Positions 9,614 to 20,005 of a stretch of 64,000 nucleotides of DNA are shown here, piece after piece. A program made the translations under genes and the position numbers. The stretch is from the NCBI GenBank assembly GCA_965222075.1, contig OZ244937.1:2944001-3008000 (forward strand), in the 5' to 3' direction. Origin of the DNA: Candidatus Latescibacterota bacterium (GTDB lineage: Bacteria; Latescibacterota; UBA2968; GCA-2709665). The notes beneath the pieces were generated by a model that was not told the origin of the DNA, made no database searches, and saw nothing but the letters and a program-made list of their open reading frames with translations. The number at the start of each line of letters is the position of its first letter. Position 1 is the first letter of the stretch.

Positions 9614-11446
9614 TCACGCCAGCGGCAGGTGCTCCAAAAACCAGGCCAGCACGCGCCGGGCGCAGTCCCGCCTGTTCTCCTTCTTTCTGAACCCGTGTCC
9701 CTCGCCGGGATAGACCACCAGCCCGACCGGAACCCTCCGATCCTCTAAGGCGCGGTAGGCCACCACAGACTGCGACAGCGTGCAGATCGGGTCCCGGTCG
9801 CCGTGAAGCATCAACAGCGGCGCCTGGATTGACCCTAAGTGGGGAAACACATCGCTCCTCTGGGCCTTCTTCGTAAGAGGCCACGAAAGGGGGGCGATGT
9901 ATTCCGTCTCGTACGTAAAATCCCCTGTCTCCAGGGTCATCCAGCGGTTGCTCACAAAGCCGAACAGCGCCACGCCCGCCACGAATCGGTCGGTCACCGC
10001 CAGGGCGCGCAGCGTCATATACCCGCCATAAGATCCGCCGAAAATCCCCACCCGGTCGACTGACGCCTGCCCGGCTTCGACCAGGTGATTGACCCCCGAC
10101 AGAATATCCTCTAAGTCCGCCTCGCCCTGGCAGCCGATATTGCCCTGTACAAATGCGTCTCCAAACCCCAAGGACCCCCGAAACGCCGGGTTGAACACCC
10201 GGTAGCCCGCCCGCAGCAGGTGTCGGTGGCGCACCGCATGGCTGCGCAGCGCCTCCACAGTCGAGGCCGGTCCACCGTGGGCCGACACCAGCAGAGGCGC
10301 GTCTTCGGGCGTTCCCTCCACCTCGTACACAACCCCTTCAACGACCAGCCCGTCCGGGGCGGTCCACTGCACGGAGGCGATTTGCAAATCCTCATATTTT
10401 TCGGTTTGCGGAAGCGGCACGCATCGATCTCCCGTCCGGATCGCCGGAAACGCCTCCGGTCCTTCGGTTTCAAAGACCGCCGTCCCGTCGGCCAGCCAGG
10501 CCACCGGCGACGTGGCGGGCCGGTCCTCGAACGCCGTCCCTGCCGATCCGTCCAGCATCACCACCCCGGTCACCACCTCCAGGCCTTCCACCACCGTCAT
10601 CCAGACCCGGTCCTCCGCCACCCCCCAACCGAAATCTTTGATACACCGGCCGCCCCCTGTCAGATTGCGCCGACCTTTTCCATCCCACCCCATCCACCAG
10701 AGGTCCGTATGGGTCGTAATCGGCCGTTTGATCTGGTGGTTCGCCTGATAAATCACCCCCGAGCCGTCCGGCGCCACCAGCGCTTTCCCGACCCGCCCGG
10801 CCCCTTCCGTCAGCCTCCGGACCTTCCCCTCCCCCAGATCGAACCCCCAGAACTCGCCCCGCTGTGCTTCCTCCGGCACCACATTGACCGGCTCGGTCCA
10901 CACCATCCGCCGGCCGTCCCGCGACATGCTCAATCCACTGCATCCCCAGGGCGCCTCCGCCAGATTGACCCACCCTGCGGTGGGCGCATACCGGCACAGC
11001 GTCACTGTTTCCCGGGGCCGTGGGTAGAACCTCGGCGCATCCGGATCGGGCACCTCCCGGCGGTCCACCAGGGCGCCCACAATCAGGCCGTCTGCCCCCC
11101 ACGCGACATCCAGGGAAACCAGTCCCTCCGGCAGATCAACCAGCCTTCCCTTCCGGCCGTCCAGTTCCAGCCGCCACAGCGCCCCTCCCGACTGCACGAT
11201 CGCCCCCTCCGGCCCGGCGGGCCAGACTTCTTCCACCCCATCGAACCCTCCAATGCGCCAGAGCCGTTTCCCCCCCGGCTTCAACAGCCGAAGCGCCCCG
11301 TCCTCTTTGCCGCTCAGGGCCACCAGCAGCGCTCCGCCCGCCATCGGCACAATCCGCTCCACGCGGCACAGATCCAGATCCGGATTGGTCAGCCGGTCCA
11401 GACGGGGCGGCAGTTTGACCTCTGGAGACAGCACATTCATACGCAT
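9614..11446 (-). CDS. S9 family (prolyl oligopeptidase-like) peptidase
   Basis: HGGP, GGSYGG nucleophile elbow, HGDRD, EGHGF; N-terminal propeller region. Confidence 0.88.
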   Translation of the reverse strand: MRMNVLSPEVKLPPRLDRLTNPDLDLCRVERIVPMAGGALLVALSGKEDGALRLLKPGGKRLWRIGGFDGVEEVWPAGPEGAIVQSGGALWRLELDGRKGRLVDLPEGLVSLDVAWGADGLIVGALVDRREVPDPDAPRFYPRPRETVTLCRYAPTAGWVNLAEAPWGCSGLSMSRDGRRMVWTEPVNVVPEEAQRGEFWGFDLGEGKVRRLTEGAGRVGKALVAPDGSGVIYQANHQIKRPITTHTDLWWMGWDGKGRRNLTGGGRCIKDFGWGVAEDRVWMTVVEGLEVVTGVVMLDGSAGTAFEDRPATSPVAWLADGTAVFETEGPEAFPAIRTGDRCVPLPQTEKYEDLQIASVQWTAPDGLVVEGVVYEVEGTPEDAPLLVSAHGGPASTVEALRSHAVRHRHLLRAGYRVFNPAFRGSLGFGDAFVQGNIGCQGEADLEDILSGVNHLVEAGQASVDRVGIFGGSYGGYMTLRALAVTDRFVAGVALFGFVSNRWMTLETGDFTYETEYIAPLSWPLTKKAQRSDVFPHLGSIQAPLLMLHGDRDPICTLSQSVVAYRALEDRRVPVGLVVYPGEGHGFRKKENRRDCARRVLAWFLEHLPLA

Positions 11447-11690
11447 AACACCCTCACGGTCAGCCAGATCCCGGATGACAGCCAAGATAGACCGAATCGA
11501 TGTCCGACGCAACACTTGACTTCTCTTCCCCCGTGCCGTAGAATACGCCAACCCATTTTCCCTGTCCTGCTGCTCCGTACTCTCAGGGGCAGCATGCGCT
11601 GGGGCTTTGCAACAGTTGTACCCAAAGTACGGCGTTCCGATCTACCACAGGGCCGAATTTGAAAATTTTTTATAACAGGAGGTCTTCTCC

Positions 11691-13127
11691 ATGCCCGCCA
11701 ATCTCCTCTTCATCACCACCGACCAGCAGCGCTGGGACAGCCTGCCCTGCTACGGCCTCGACTTCATGCAGACCCCTGCCTTAGACCGCCTGGCGGGGGA
11801 CGGCCTTGTCTTTGAAAACTGTATCGTCCCGGCCCCCCTCTGCGTCCCCTGCCGGGCCGCCATTTTAAGCGGGCAGTATCCCTCCACCACCGGGGTGCTG
11901 GGCAACGGCCACGGGTTGCCCGATGCGGTTCCCACCTGGCCCTCCCGCCTTGGCGAGGCGGGCAGGCGCACCGCCGCCATTGGCAAAATGCACTTCAACC
12001 CCTGGGACGACATGGGCGGCTTCCAGGAGCGCATTATCGCCGAAGACAAACGGCACTTCTACCTGCCCGACGACCACGTCAAATTCCTCCAGGCCCACGG
12101 CATGGAACGCTTTCACGCCACGGCCAAACCCGGATACTTCGAAACGCTCCAGGCATCCGTCACCCCCCGTCCCAAAAAATTCCACATCGACGGCTTTGTT
12201 GGAGACCGGGCCGCAGACTGGCTGGCGCAAAACAGCAGCGAACCCTTCGCCGTCTGGGTCAGCTTTCCCGGCCCCCACGACCCCTACGATCCCCCCGAAG
12301 AGATGGCCGACCTCTACACCGACGCCCCCATCCCGGACCCGGTCGGCTCAGTTGAAGAGCTGGTCCACAAACCTCCGGCCCAGCGCAAAAGCAGCCAGGA
12401 CCGTCTCAGCAGTTCCGTGTACCGCCTGGACCTCTCTCAGGCCACGCTTGAACACTACCGCCGCTGGCGCGCCCACTACTATGCCAACATCACCCTCATC
12501 GACAATGGCATCGGTAAAATGCTCGCCGCCCTCGAAGCCGGCGGCGTCTTAGAGGACACCCTCATCATCTTCACCAGCGACCACGGAGACGCCCTGGGCG
12601 ACCACGGGCTGGCCTACAAGAGCTTCTTCTACGATTCGATGGTCCGCGTCCCCCTCATCATCGCCGGCCCCGGCGTCCCAAAAGGCGGGCGGTGCGCCTC
12701 GCTTGTCAGCACCCTGGACCTGGTCCCCCTCTTCTACCGCGTCTGTGACGTCGATCCTCCCGACACGCTTCAGGGAGAGGATCTCACAGCGCTCCTCCAG
12801 GACCCCACCGCCTCGGTCCGGGACGCCGCCTTCAGCGAAACCCTGGGACGGGTCATGGTCCGGACCGCCTGCTATAAATATGCCCACTACGAAGACGGCT
12901 CGGCCGAACTCTACGACCTGAAGGCCGACCCCCACGAACGCATCAACTTAGCCGGCGATCCCCAGCACGCCGAAACGGAACGCCACCTCCGCTGTCTCCT
13001 CCTGGAACACGGGTTGCGCAACCACGCCTGCCATGCCCGGGCCGTCAGCCGCCCCCAGAGCCCGATCCGGATCGCGCTGGAAGAGGAATACCGGAAAGAA
13101 CTTGAAGCGCAGGAAAAATCGGAGTAA
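11691..13127 (+). CDS. Sulfatase (Cys-type, formylglycine-dependent)
   Basis: TDQQR, CVPCR, GKMH, SDHG motifs; GGAGG RBS. Confidence 0.92.
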   Translation: MPANLLFITTDQQRWDSLPCYGLDFMQTPALDRLAGDGLVFENCIVPAPLCVPCRAAILSGQYPSTTGVLGNGHGLPDAVPTWPSRLGEAGRRTAAIGKMHFNPWDDMGGFQERIIAEDKRHFYLPDDHVKFLQAHGMERFHATAKPGYFETLQASVTPRPKKFHIDGFVGDRAADWLAQNSSEPFAVWVSFPGPHDPYDPPEEMADLYTDAPIPDPVGSVEELVHKPPAQRKSSQDRLSSSVYRLDLSQATLEHYRRWRAHYYANITLIDNGIGKMLAALEAGGVLEDTLIIFTSDHGDALGDHGLAYKSFFYDSMVRVPLIIAGPGVPKGGRCASLVSTLDLVPLFYRVCDVDPPDTLQGEDLTALLQDPTASVRDAAFSETLGRVMVRTACYKYAHYEDGSAELYDLKADPHERINLAGDPQHAETERHLRCLLLEHGLRNHACHARAVSRPQSPIRIALEEEYRKELEAQEKSE

Positions 13128-13184
13128 GCGCGAGGATGGCCTGGATTGGGCAATCCAAGCCGGCCCGAAACGTTGGCATTGCCC

Positions 13185-14264
13185 TCACCTCTCTGTTCTA
13201 TATTCCTCAACAAACGCCTCGTCCAGATCCATGCCCAGGCCGGGCCGGTCGGACATCCGGATCTGTCCATCCACAATCTGAAAGGCGGGATCGTAGAGCC
13301 GGCTCCAGATTTGGTACGGCTCGGTGTGGGGGCACGCCGAAACCATCAGCCCGTTGGGCACGGCGGCCAGCAGGTGGCAGTTGATCTCGGGATAGGAGGC
13401 TCCGTGAGGCGCAATATAGACCTGGTGGGCCTCGGCGAGCGCCGCAAGCCGCATCAGGCCCGTAAACCCGCCCCCGCCCAGGATATCGGTCTGCACCACC
13501 TGCAGTCCCCCCTCCACAATAAGCTGCCGGATCCCGGAAAGCGTGGGCTCCCCTTCTCCTCCGGCCACCAGCGCACTGGTCGCCTCCCGGACCATCCGCA
13601 TAAACCGCAGCTCGTCGTCGGCTCGCACCGGCTCTTCGATCCAGTAGAGATCGTAGGTTTCGAACTTCCGGGCCATCTCCGCCGCAAGCCGGCCGTGCCA
13701 CATCCGGTGGATGTCGACCATCAACTTCCGGTCCGGCCCCAGCATCTCCCGGGAAAGCCGCACCTTCTCAAGCGCCAGATCCGGGTCGGGATCGGCTAAG
13801 TGAAACTTAACCGCACCGAACCCCAGCCCCGCGTGCTTCCGCACGAGCCCGAGCATCTCCTCGGCCGTCAATTCGGTATAACCGATGCCGTCGGCATAGG
13901 CGGGCACCCGGCTGCGGTATCCCCCCAGAAGCCGCCAGACCGGCTCGCCGCATCCCTTTCCCAGAAGATCCCACAGGGCCACGTCGAGCGCCCCAATCGT
14001 GCCCATCGCGGATCGCCCCGGCCCCCGAAACCCCCAGGCCACGTCGTACATACGCTGCCAGAGCCGGGCCGTACGCCGGGGGTCTTCCCCCACCAGGAGA
14101 GGGGCAAACACCTGTTCAATCAGCCCGGGATTGCCCCCCCGGCCGATGCCGAAAAGGCCGTTGTCCGCATAGATGCGGTGAACGGGAAAGGTGCGGGTCT
14201 TGCCCTGCCCGGGGGGGCCCCAGGGGATGTCCAGCGTAACCGTCTCGATCCTGTCGATGCGCAT
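13185..14264 (-). CDS. Mandelate racemase/muconate lactonizing enzyme family protein
   Basis: ALDVALWDLLGK, LMVD, WIEEP, GGEGE, RPGLG motifs; start at MRIDR after GGAGG. Confidence 0.88.
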   Translation of the reverse strand: MRIDRIETVTLDIPWGPPGQGKTRTFPVHRIYADNGLFGIGRGGNPGLIEQVFAPLLVGEDPRRTARLWQRMYDVAWGFRGPGRSAMGTIGALDVALWDLLGKGCGEPVWRLLGGYRSRVPAYADGIGYTELTAEEMLGLVRKHAGLGFGAVKFHLADPDPDLALEKVRLSREMLGPDRKLMVDIHRMWHGRLAAEMARKFETYDLYWIEEPVRADDELRFMRMVREATSALVAGGEGEPTLSGIRQLIVEGGLQVVQTDILGGGGFTGLMRLAALAEAHQVYIAPHGASYPEINCHLLAAVPNGLMVSACPHTEPYQIWSRLYDPAFQIVDGQIRMSDRPGLGMDLDEAFVEEYRTER

Positions 14265-14413
14265 GGCCGGCCTCCTTTGAATTTGCACAAGCGGATGGAA
14301 GAGAAATCGGAATCGAAAAGCCAGGGAAAAAACGGAGAGGCAAAAATGGCGGAAAAACAAAGGAGACGAGAAACAGGAAATCTCCCAGATCGAAGATCTA
14401 TATGAAGTACCTT

Positions 14414-14445
14414 TTATCTGTGTGTATCTGCGGGCATCTGTGGTT
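14414..14445. repeat. ATCTGYG short repeat tract
   Basis: ttatctgtgtgtatctgcgggcatctgtggtt in the intergenic space. Confidence 0.5.
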
Positions 14446-14463
14446 GCTTAAAAAAACAGCAGA

Positions 14464-14889
14464 TCAGGCACTCAGACGCTTGAACATCACCACTTCGGTC
14501 CCCTCCCTTGAGAAGTCGAAGTCGACCCTGTCCATCATGGACCGCATCACCAGCAGCCCGCGTCCGGAGGGTTTTAACAGGTTCTCCTCTGCCAGAGGGT
14601 TGGGTACTGCTTCCGGGTCAAACCCCGACCCCTGATCCAGTACCCGGATGCGCAAATGCTCCGTCTCCCGGCTGAACCGGATCGCCACCAGCCTGTCCTG
14701 CATCCCCCCATTGCCGTGATAAATGGCGTTGTTCACCGCCTCGGTCAGGGCAATGGCCACCTCTTCGGCAGCCGATTCGGGCAGCCCCAATTGCGCGGCC
14801 ACCTCCTCCACCGCCGCCACCACCTCCGGGAGCGCCTCGGCGGAGCTTGGAATCTCCAGCACCTTCACTTCGACTTCCTGGCCAGCCAT
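14464..14889 (-). CDS. rsbW: Anti-sigma factor / Ser kinase (RsbW-like HATPase_c_2)
   Basis: EAVNNAIYHGN, DQGSGFDP, SGRGL boxes. Confidence 0.88.
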   Translation of the reverse strand: MAGQEVEVKVLEIPSSAEALPEVVAAVEEVAAQLGLPESAAEEVAIALTEAVNNAIYHGNGGMQDRLVAIRFSRETEHLRIRVLDQGSGFDPEAVPNPLAEENLLKPSGRGLLVMRSMMDRVDFDFSREGTEVVMFKRLSA

Positions 14890-14922
14890 CGTCTGTCCCT
14901 CGTCTGAGCTCCGGCAACCTCC

Positions 14923-15606
14923 TCATGATGCGTTGAAACTGTCCACCGCCTCTTCTACCGTCCCGTACGACTGGAAAATCTGATCCAGCCAGGTTTCGAC
15001 AAACACGCTGGAAACCTGCTGGCTGACCCGGGCCAGACGAATATCCCCACCGGCCTCTCTCACCCCCTTCAGACTGGACGCCAGAATGCCGATGGCCGAG
15101 CTGTTCATCCACCTCACCTCTCCCAGGTTCATCACGATCTGCATAACATTGTCCTGGACCAGACGCTGAACACAATCTCTAAACTCGGTCGTCTCCACCC
15201 CCCCCATCAGCCTCCCACTCAGGTGCAGCACCGCCACGTCACCCTGCATCTCCTCTTCCAGCTGCATGCTGAAACTGGTCACTGCGTCTTCCACCGTTTC
15301 GTACGACTTGAAGATCTTCTCCAGCTGCATCGTCACAAACACGCTGATAATCCGCTCGCCCGCTCGTGCCAGACGAATGTCCCCTCCGGCCTGCTTCGCC
15401 TCCTGCAGGCCGGAAGTCAGAATGCCGATGGCCGAACTGTTCATCCACTTCACCCGTCCCAGGTCCACGACAACCTGTGTAACCCTTCTATCCTGGACCA
15501 GCCGATGGATGTAGCCTTTAAACTCACTCGTCTCTCCCCCTCCCATCATCGTCCCGCTCAGACGCAACACCGCCACTTCGCCCTGCATTTTCTCCTTGAT
15601 GTTCAT
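14923..15606 (-). CDS. Tandem (double) STAS anti-anti-sigma factor
   Basis: Two ~113-aa copies, each with WMNSSAIGIL and AGGDIRLAR. Confidence 0.88.
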   Translation of the reverse strand: MNIKEKMQGEVAVLRLSGTMMGGGETSEFKGYIHRLVQDRRVTQVVVDLGRVKWMNSSAIGILTSGLQEAKQAGGDIRLARAGERIISVFVTMQLEKIFKSYETVEDAVTSFSMQLEEEMQGDVAVLHLSGRLMGGVETTEFRDCVQRLVQDNVMQIVMNLGEVRWMNSSAIGILASSLKGVREAGGDIRLARVSQQVSSVFVETWLDQIFQSYGTVEEAVDSFNAS

Positions 15607-15725
15607 AACGCTTCTCCTGTTTTATGAAGAATCCAGAGGGGCCCTGGAGAGAAATAATGCAACCTCTGACGGCTATGCCTTACCTTTGAAATTGCTTGAA
15701 CACTCGGCTGTCGGCCCCCTTAACC

Positions 15726-16868
15726 TCAAGCCCCGCCCGCTCTGATCACAACCACGGTCTTGTCATCCGGCGTCTGCTGATTGCCCAGCTCAAACTGCTC
15801 CGACGCTTCACAGATGGCGCCGGCCAGTTCGGCTGCCGGAAGCGCACGGTACTGATGGACCACCTCCCTGATGCCGTGCTCACCGAAGAAATCCTCCTGT
15901 TTGTTCTGGGCCTCGAACACACCGTCGGAGTAGGTCACCAGGAGATCTCCCGGTGAGAGAGGCGCCTGCTGCTGGCAGTAGGAAGCATCCGGAAACATCC
16001 CCAGCGCAGGGCCCGATGACGCTAAGGACAGTACCTGCCCTTCCTGGAAGAGGAGTGCGGAAGCATGCCCGGCGTTTACATAGGTCACGCTCCCGTGAGG
16101 CGCATCCAGCACCACGTAGAAAAGCGTGACAAATCTTTCCATCTCATTGTCCCGACACAGCACCCGGTTCAGCCTGGTAATCACATCTGAAACCTCATCC
16201 ACGCTCTCTGCCTGTGCGCGTAGAACCCCCTGTGCCTTGGCAATCAGCAGCGCACCCGGGATGCCCTTGCCAGCCGCATCGCCCACGGCCATCCCCACCT
16301 TCCCATCCGGCAGGGGGAGAAAATCGTAAAAGTCCCCGCCAATCTGCCCACTGGGCCTCAGGCGCCCGCCCAGATCCAGCCCTCTCACCTGAGGGGGAGC
16401 TCCGGGAAGAAACCCCTTCTGAATCTCGGCGGCCAGCCTCAACTCCTCCTCAACCCGCTGCATCTTCTCAGCCAGCAGCCGATGCCGTTCGATGGCATAG
16501 CGTATGGCGCGCACCAGCAGGTCGTCATTGACGCGTCCCTTAACCAGGTAATCCTGCGCCCCTTCCTGTACGGCCTGCATAGCAAGTTCTTCGTCATCCA
16601 GACCGGTCAGCACGACAATCGGCACGCCGGGGGCTTGTGAATGCGCCCTCATAAACGTATCGAACCCCTGGCTGTCCGGCAGTGACAGGTCCAACAGGAC
16701 CACGTCGATTCTACCTTCGGCAAGGCGTTCCAATCCCGCCGAAAGCCGATCGGAGTACACCACCTTAAACAGACCGCCTCCCGCCTCATCCAGCATGTCC
16801 TGGATCAGCAGGACATCGTCGGGATCGTCCTCAACCAGCAAAACGTCGATGGGCGTATTGTTCATCAC
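15726..16868 (-). CDS. Response regulator receiver + SpoIIE/PP2C phosphatase (RsbU-like)
   Basis: LLVEDD...LLDL...DYLVKG receiver; GGDFYD, GDAAGKG, NAGH, YSDG, DDKT phosphatase motifs. Confidence 0.92.
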   Translation of the reverse strand: MMNNTPIDVLLVEDDPDDVLLIQDMLDEAGGGLFKVVYSDRLSAGLERLAEGRIDVVLLDLSLPDSQGFDTFMRAHSQAPGVPIVVLTGLDDEELAMQAVQEGAQDYLVKGRVNDDLLVRAIRYAIERHRLLAEKMQRVEEELRLAAEIQKGFLPGAPPQVRGLDLGGRLRPSGQIGGDFYDFLPLPDGKVGMAVGDAAGKGIPGALLIAKAQGVLRAQAESVDEVSDVITRLNRVLCRDNEMERFVTLFYVVLDAPHGSVTYVNAGHASALLFQEGQVLSLASSGPALGMFPDASYCQQQAPLSPGDLLVTYSDGVFEAQNKQEDFFGEHGIREVVHQYRALPAAELAGAICEASEQFELGNQQTPDDKTVVVIRAGGA

Positions 16869-16885
16869 CTTTCACTCGCGGTGTG

Positions 16886-17347
16886 TTACTTCCGTGCGGT
16901 TTCGGGTGGAAGCTCAACAATTTCGAACCAGTATTTGCTCAACGTTTTCATCACATCGACCAAAGACTCAAAACTCACCGGTTTGACGATATATCCGCTT
17001 ACGCACAGATCATAGGTACGCAAAATATCTTCCTCTGCCTTTGAAGTCGTCAACACCACAACCGGGATTCGCCGCAGGTCGGGATCGGCCTTGATCTCTT
17101 CAAGCGCCTCACGCCCGTCTTTTTTGGGCATGTTCAAATCCAGCAGGACCAGCCCCGGGCACGGCGAAACGCTCAGGTCAGCGTATTTGCCTCGATGGTA
17201 CAGATAGTCCATCAATTCTTCGCCATCTTCCACAAAGTGTAGAGGGTTGGTCAGCCGGGCCTCTTTAAGCGCATCCTCGATGAGCAGGCGGTCGTCCGCA
17301 TCGTCCTCGGCCACCAGGATCGTGATCGGTCTTCCTTTTTTTTTCAT
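16886..17347 (-). CDS. Single-domain response regulator (Rcp1-like)
   Basis: ILVAEDD, LLDLNMPKKDGRE, IPVVVLTTS, YIVKP. Confidence 0.92.
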   Translation of the reverse strand: MKKKGRPITILVAEDDADDRLLIEDALKEARLTNPLHFVEDGEELMDYLYHRGKYADLSVSPCPGLVLLDLNMPKKDGREALEEIKADPDLRRIPVVVLTTSKAEEDILRTYDLCVSGYIVKPVSFESLVDVMKTLSKYWFEIVELPPETARK

Positions 17348-19041
17348 GGTATCTCTTCTCCCGCGCGTTGTCTGACGGGCAGGGTAGCGATGAATTTCGC
17401 CCCCTGTCCCGGCCTGCTCTCCGCCGTGATGCTCCCTCTATGGCGCTCTACGATCTTGCGGCAGATCGCCAGGCCCATGCCCGTCCCCTCATATTCGGAC
17501 CGGGTGTGCAGGCGCTGAAAAGGGACGAAGATACGGTCGAGATACTTTTCATCAAGACCGATGCCGTTGTCTTCCACGGTGATCTGACAAACCGCATCGG
17601 CCAAAGACGCCTCGGCCGGACGCTGCACCGCACCGTTATGTGTACCGGAAACCTTGACAACCGGCGCCGCACCCTGCCGGTGAAACTTCAATCCATTCCC
17701 GATCAGGTTCTGGAACAATTGGCGCATCTGCATTGGGTCGGCCTCAATGGTCGGCAAATCGCCCACGTCCACACGTCCCCCTGTGCGCTCGATATGCACT
17801 TCCAGATCGGACACCACCTCTCGCGCCACCTCGGCGAGGTTAATCGGAACAAAGGGCTGAGCCTTCGTCGTGATTCGCGAAAGCGTCAGCAGATCGCTAA
17901 TCAGGACCTGCATCCGCCCCGCCGCATCCTGCATCCGCTCTAAGAAGTCACGCCCCCGGTCGTCGAACGCCTCGCCGTACCTGGCCTTCAACCGGTCACC
18001 AAACGCCTGGAGCTTCCGAAGCGGCTCCTGTAAATCGTGCGATGCCACATATGCGAAATCCTGCAGCTCGCGGTTGCTCTGTTCCAGCCTTGCGGCAAAT
18101 GCCTTCAACTCTTCCTCGGCCCGCTTGCGCTCGGCGATCTCTTTATGAAGCTGTTCATTGGCGGCCTTCAGATCGGCCGTTCGTTCCTCCACCCGCCGCT
18201 CTAACTCATTGTGCGCCTTCCGCAGCGCCTCCTCCGCCCGCTTGCGCCCGGTAATGTCCATGACCGTCCCGAGCAGGTGCACCGATTTGCCAGCCTCGTC
18301 GCGGAAAACCCGCCCTTTGTTTTCCACCCATCGGACCGTGCCGTCGGGCCAGACCGTGCGGTGCTCAACATCGAAGTCTACGCCCTCCTCCACGGCCCGG
18401 GTCACCGCTTGGCTGACGGTTTCGCGGTCTTCGGGGTGAACAAGCTCGTAGAAGGCCTCACGGGTTCCGCCGAAGGTGCCCGGGGCCAGACCGAACAGTG
18501 GTTCCACAGACTCCGACCAGAAAAGGTCACCGGTGAGCAGGTTGGAGTCCCAGGTGCCCATATGGGCGGCGTCTAAGGCCACCTTCAGCCGCACCTCGCT
18601 CTCCCGGAGTGTCTCCCTCGAACGGTGCTGCGCTATTTGAATCAGATGGACCGTCAACGCCAGCAGCACAGCCATCAGAAGTCCCACAGCCAGGATGACT
18701 TCCGGAAGATGGGATTGAACGCGCTCCTGTGCAACCATCGCCTGCCACAGACACAGAGTGGCCATAACGGCGCCGACGCCAATAAGGGCCGGAAGCCACC
18801 GTGGTGCGCCCCTTTCTTCAGCCCTGCCGTCACGCCAGGCAAATGCAATCACGCCAACACCCAGCACTGCAAATCCGGCCGCTGTATGCACGGCCATACG
18901 TGTCAGATGCCCCCAGCCATAGGCCGTCTCAATTCCGCTGAGATAACCGAAAAACACAACCGTACCCAGAGCGGCGGAGGCCCCCCCTGCGACAATCACC
19001 ACGAGATTTGACAAATAATTGGATGCGTTCTCTGTTTTCAT
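17344..19041 (-). CDS. Membrane PAS-domain sensor histidine kinase
   Basis: TM helices, PAS_3 (VHPEDR...DITGRK), H-box ASHDLQEPLR, NLIGN, DNGIG, GTGMGL. Confidence 0.92.
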   Translation of the reverse strand: MKTENASNYLSNLVVIVAGGASAALGTVVFFGYLSGIETAYGWGHLTRMAVHTAAGFAVLGVGVIAFAWRDGRAEERGAPRWLPALIGVGAVMATLCLWQAMVAQERVQSHLPEVILAVGLLMAVLLALTVHLIQIAQHRSRETLRESEVRLKVALDAAHMGTWDSNLLTGDLFWSESVEPLFGLAPGTFGGTREAFYELVHPEDRETVSQAVTRAVEEGVDFDVEHRTVWPDGTVRWVENKGRVFRDEAGKSVHLLGTVMDITGRKRAEEALRKAHNELERRVEERTADLKAANEQLHKEIAERKRAEEELKAFAARLEQSNRELQDFAYVASHDLQEPLRKLQAFGDRLKARYGEAFDDRGRDFLERMQDAAGRMQVLISDLLTLSRITTKAQPFVPINLAEVAREVVSDLEVHIERTGGRVDVGDLPTIEADPMQMRQLFQNLIGNGLKFHRQGAAPVVKVSGTHNGAVQRPAEASLADAVCQITVEDNGIGLDEKYLDRIFVPFQRLHTRSEYEGTGMGLAICRKIVERHRGSITAESRPGQGAKFIATLPVRQRAGEEIP

Positions 19042-19272
19042 AGTCTATCCTGCTTATCGGTTGTGCTGTTGCAACTCTGCTTCACTCTCCTGGAGCGCCT
19101 CCACATCAAGATAGCAGGCAGAACATAGCTGTCAAGGCAAAACAGAAGGTGGCGGTGACGGAAATGCGCCATCCCGTGGAACCAAAACGCCCTCGATTTC
19201 ATGATCAAGGATCCGGCTGTAGACAGAGCACCCTTTTCAGGCACTCAGGCCTTTCCCTGGGGGCCCTGACCC

Positions 19273-19644
19273 CTACTTCAGGTCGTCTGGAAGCCGGGTG
19301 GTTGCATCTGCAACGGCCTCCTCGATCTGTTCCCGGGTCAGTCCTCTTGCACCCCTCAAATCGGCTCCGGTAAGATCGGCAAACAGAAGTCTGGCCCCTT
19401 GCAGGTCGCCCCCCCTCAGGTCCGCCCCGCTCAGGTCTGCCCACCCCAGGTCCGCCCCCCTGAAACTGGCGCTGCTGAGGTCTGCTCCGCTCAGATTGAC
19501 CTTTTTCAGGTCCATCTTGCTGAAGTCTCGTCCGCTGAGTTTTGCCCCCGTGAGGCCCGGTCTCAATTTCGGATTCACCTCCCGCCACGCATTCCAAACC
19601 TCCGGTCCCTGGTTGAGCAGAGCAAGGTGTTTTGCAACGGCCAT
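19273..19644 (-). CDS. Pentapeptide repeat protein
   Basis: Repeated A(D/N)LxG units; N-terminal WNAWR. Confidence 0.88.
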   Translation of the reverse strand: MAVAKHLALLNQGPEVWNAWREVNPKLRPGLTGAKLSGRDFSKMDLKKVNLSGADLSSASFRGADLGWADLSGADLRGGDLQGARLLFADLTGADLRGARGLTREQIEEAVADATTRLPDDLK

Positions 19645-19844
19645 ACAGATCGCCTCCCGATACCGACTGAACCGAAACCTGAAATGTTCTTGACAAACCA
19701 ACCTTATCACATTCATAATGATAAACAGATTTTTGTGAGTTGCAAAGCCATTTGGAAACCCAAAAATCTCTTGATTTCTTGGGTAAAATGGTTATATTTG
19801 ATAGTGGAGATGCAGTCTCCGAAAAAGTGCCTTGAATCTACATG

Positions 19845-19946
19845 AAGGTGACCCAACCGGAAGTTATTCCACTTTATAAGTGGAACTTCGTCAATAATTT
19901 TCGGCACCTGGTAGGTTAGGCGCTTTTTTTTTACCGGCCGAAAATT
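19845..19946 (+). promoter_or_regulatory. Putative structured leader upstream of ridA
   Basis: TTCCACTT/AAGTGGAA hairpin, outer stem closing on a 9-T run (19924-19932), and an AATTTTCGGC/GCCGAAAATT inverted repeat. Confidence 0.35.
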
Positions 19947-20005
19947 CAGTGGAAGACGCGCCTGTCCTGCACAGCCCTAACCCCATAAAGAGGAGGAAAT
20001 CAAAC

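Noticed and set aside
19805-19845. Fluoride riboswitch
   Set aside because: Only the GGAGATG start resembles it; the 3' pseudoknot consensus is absent and the downstream gene does not fit.
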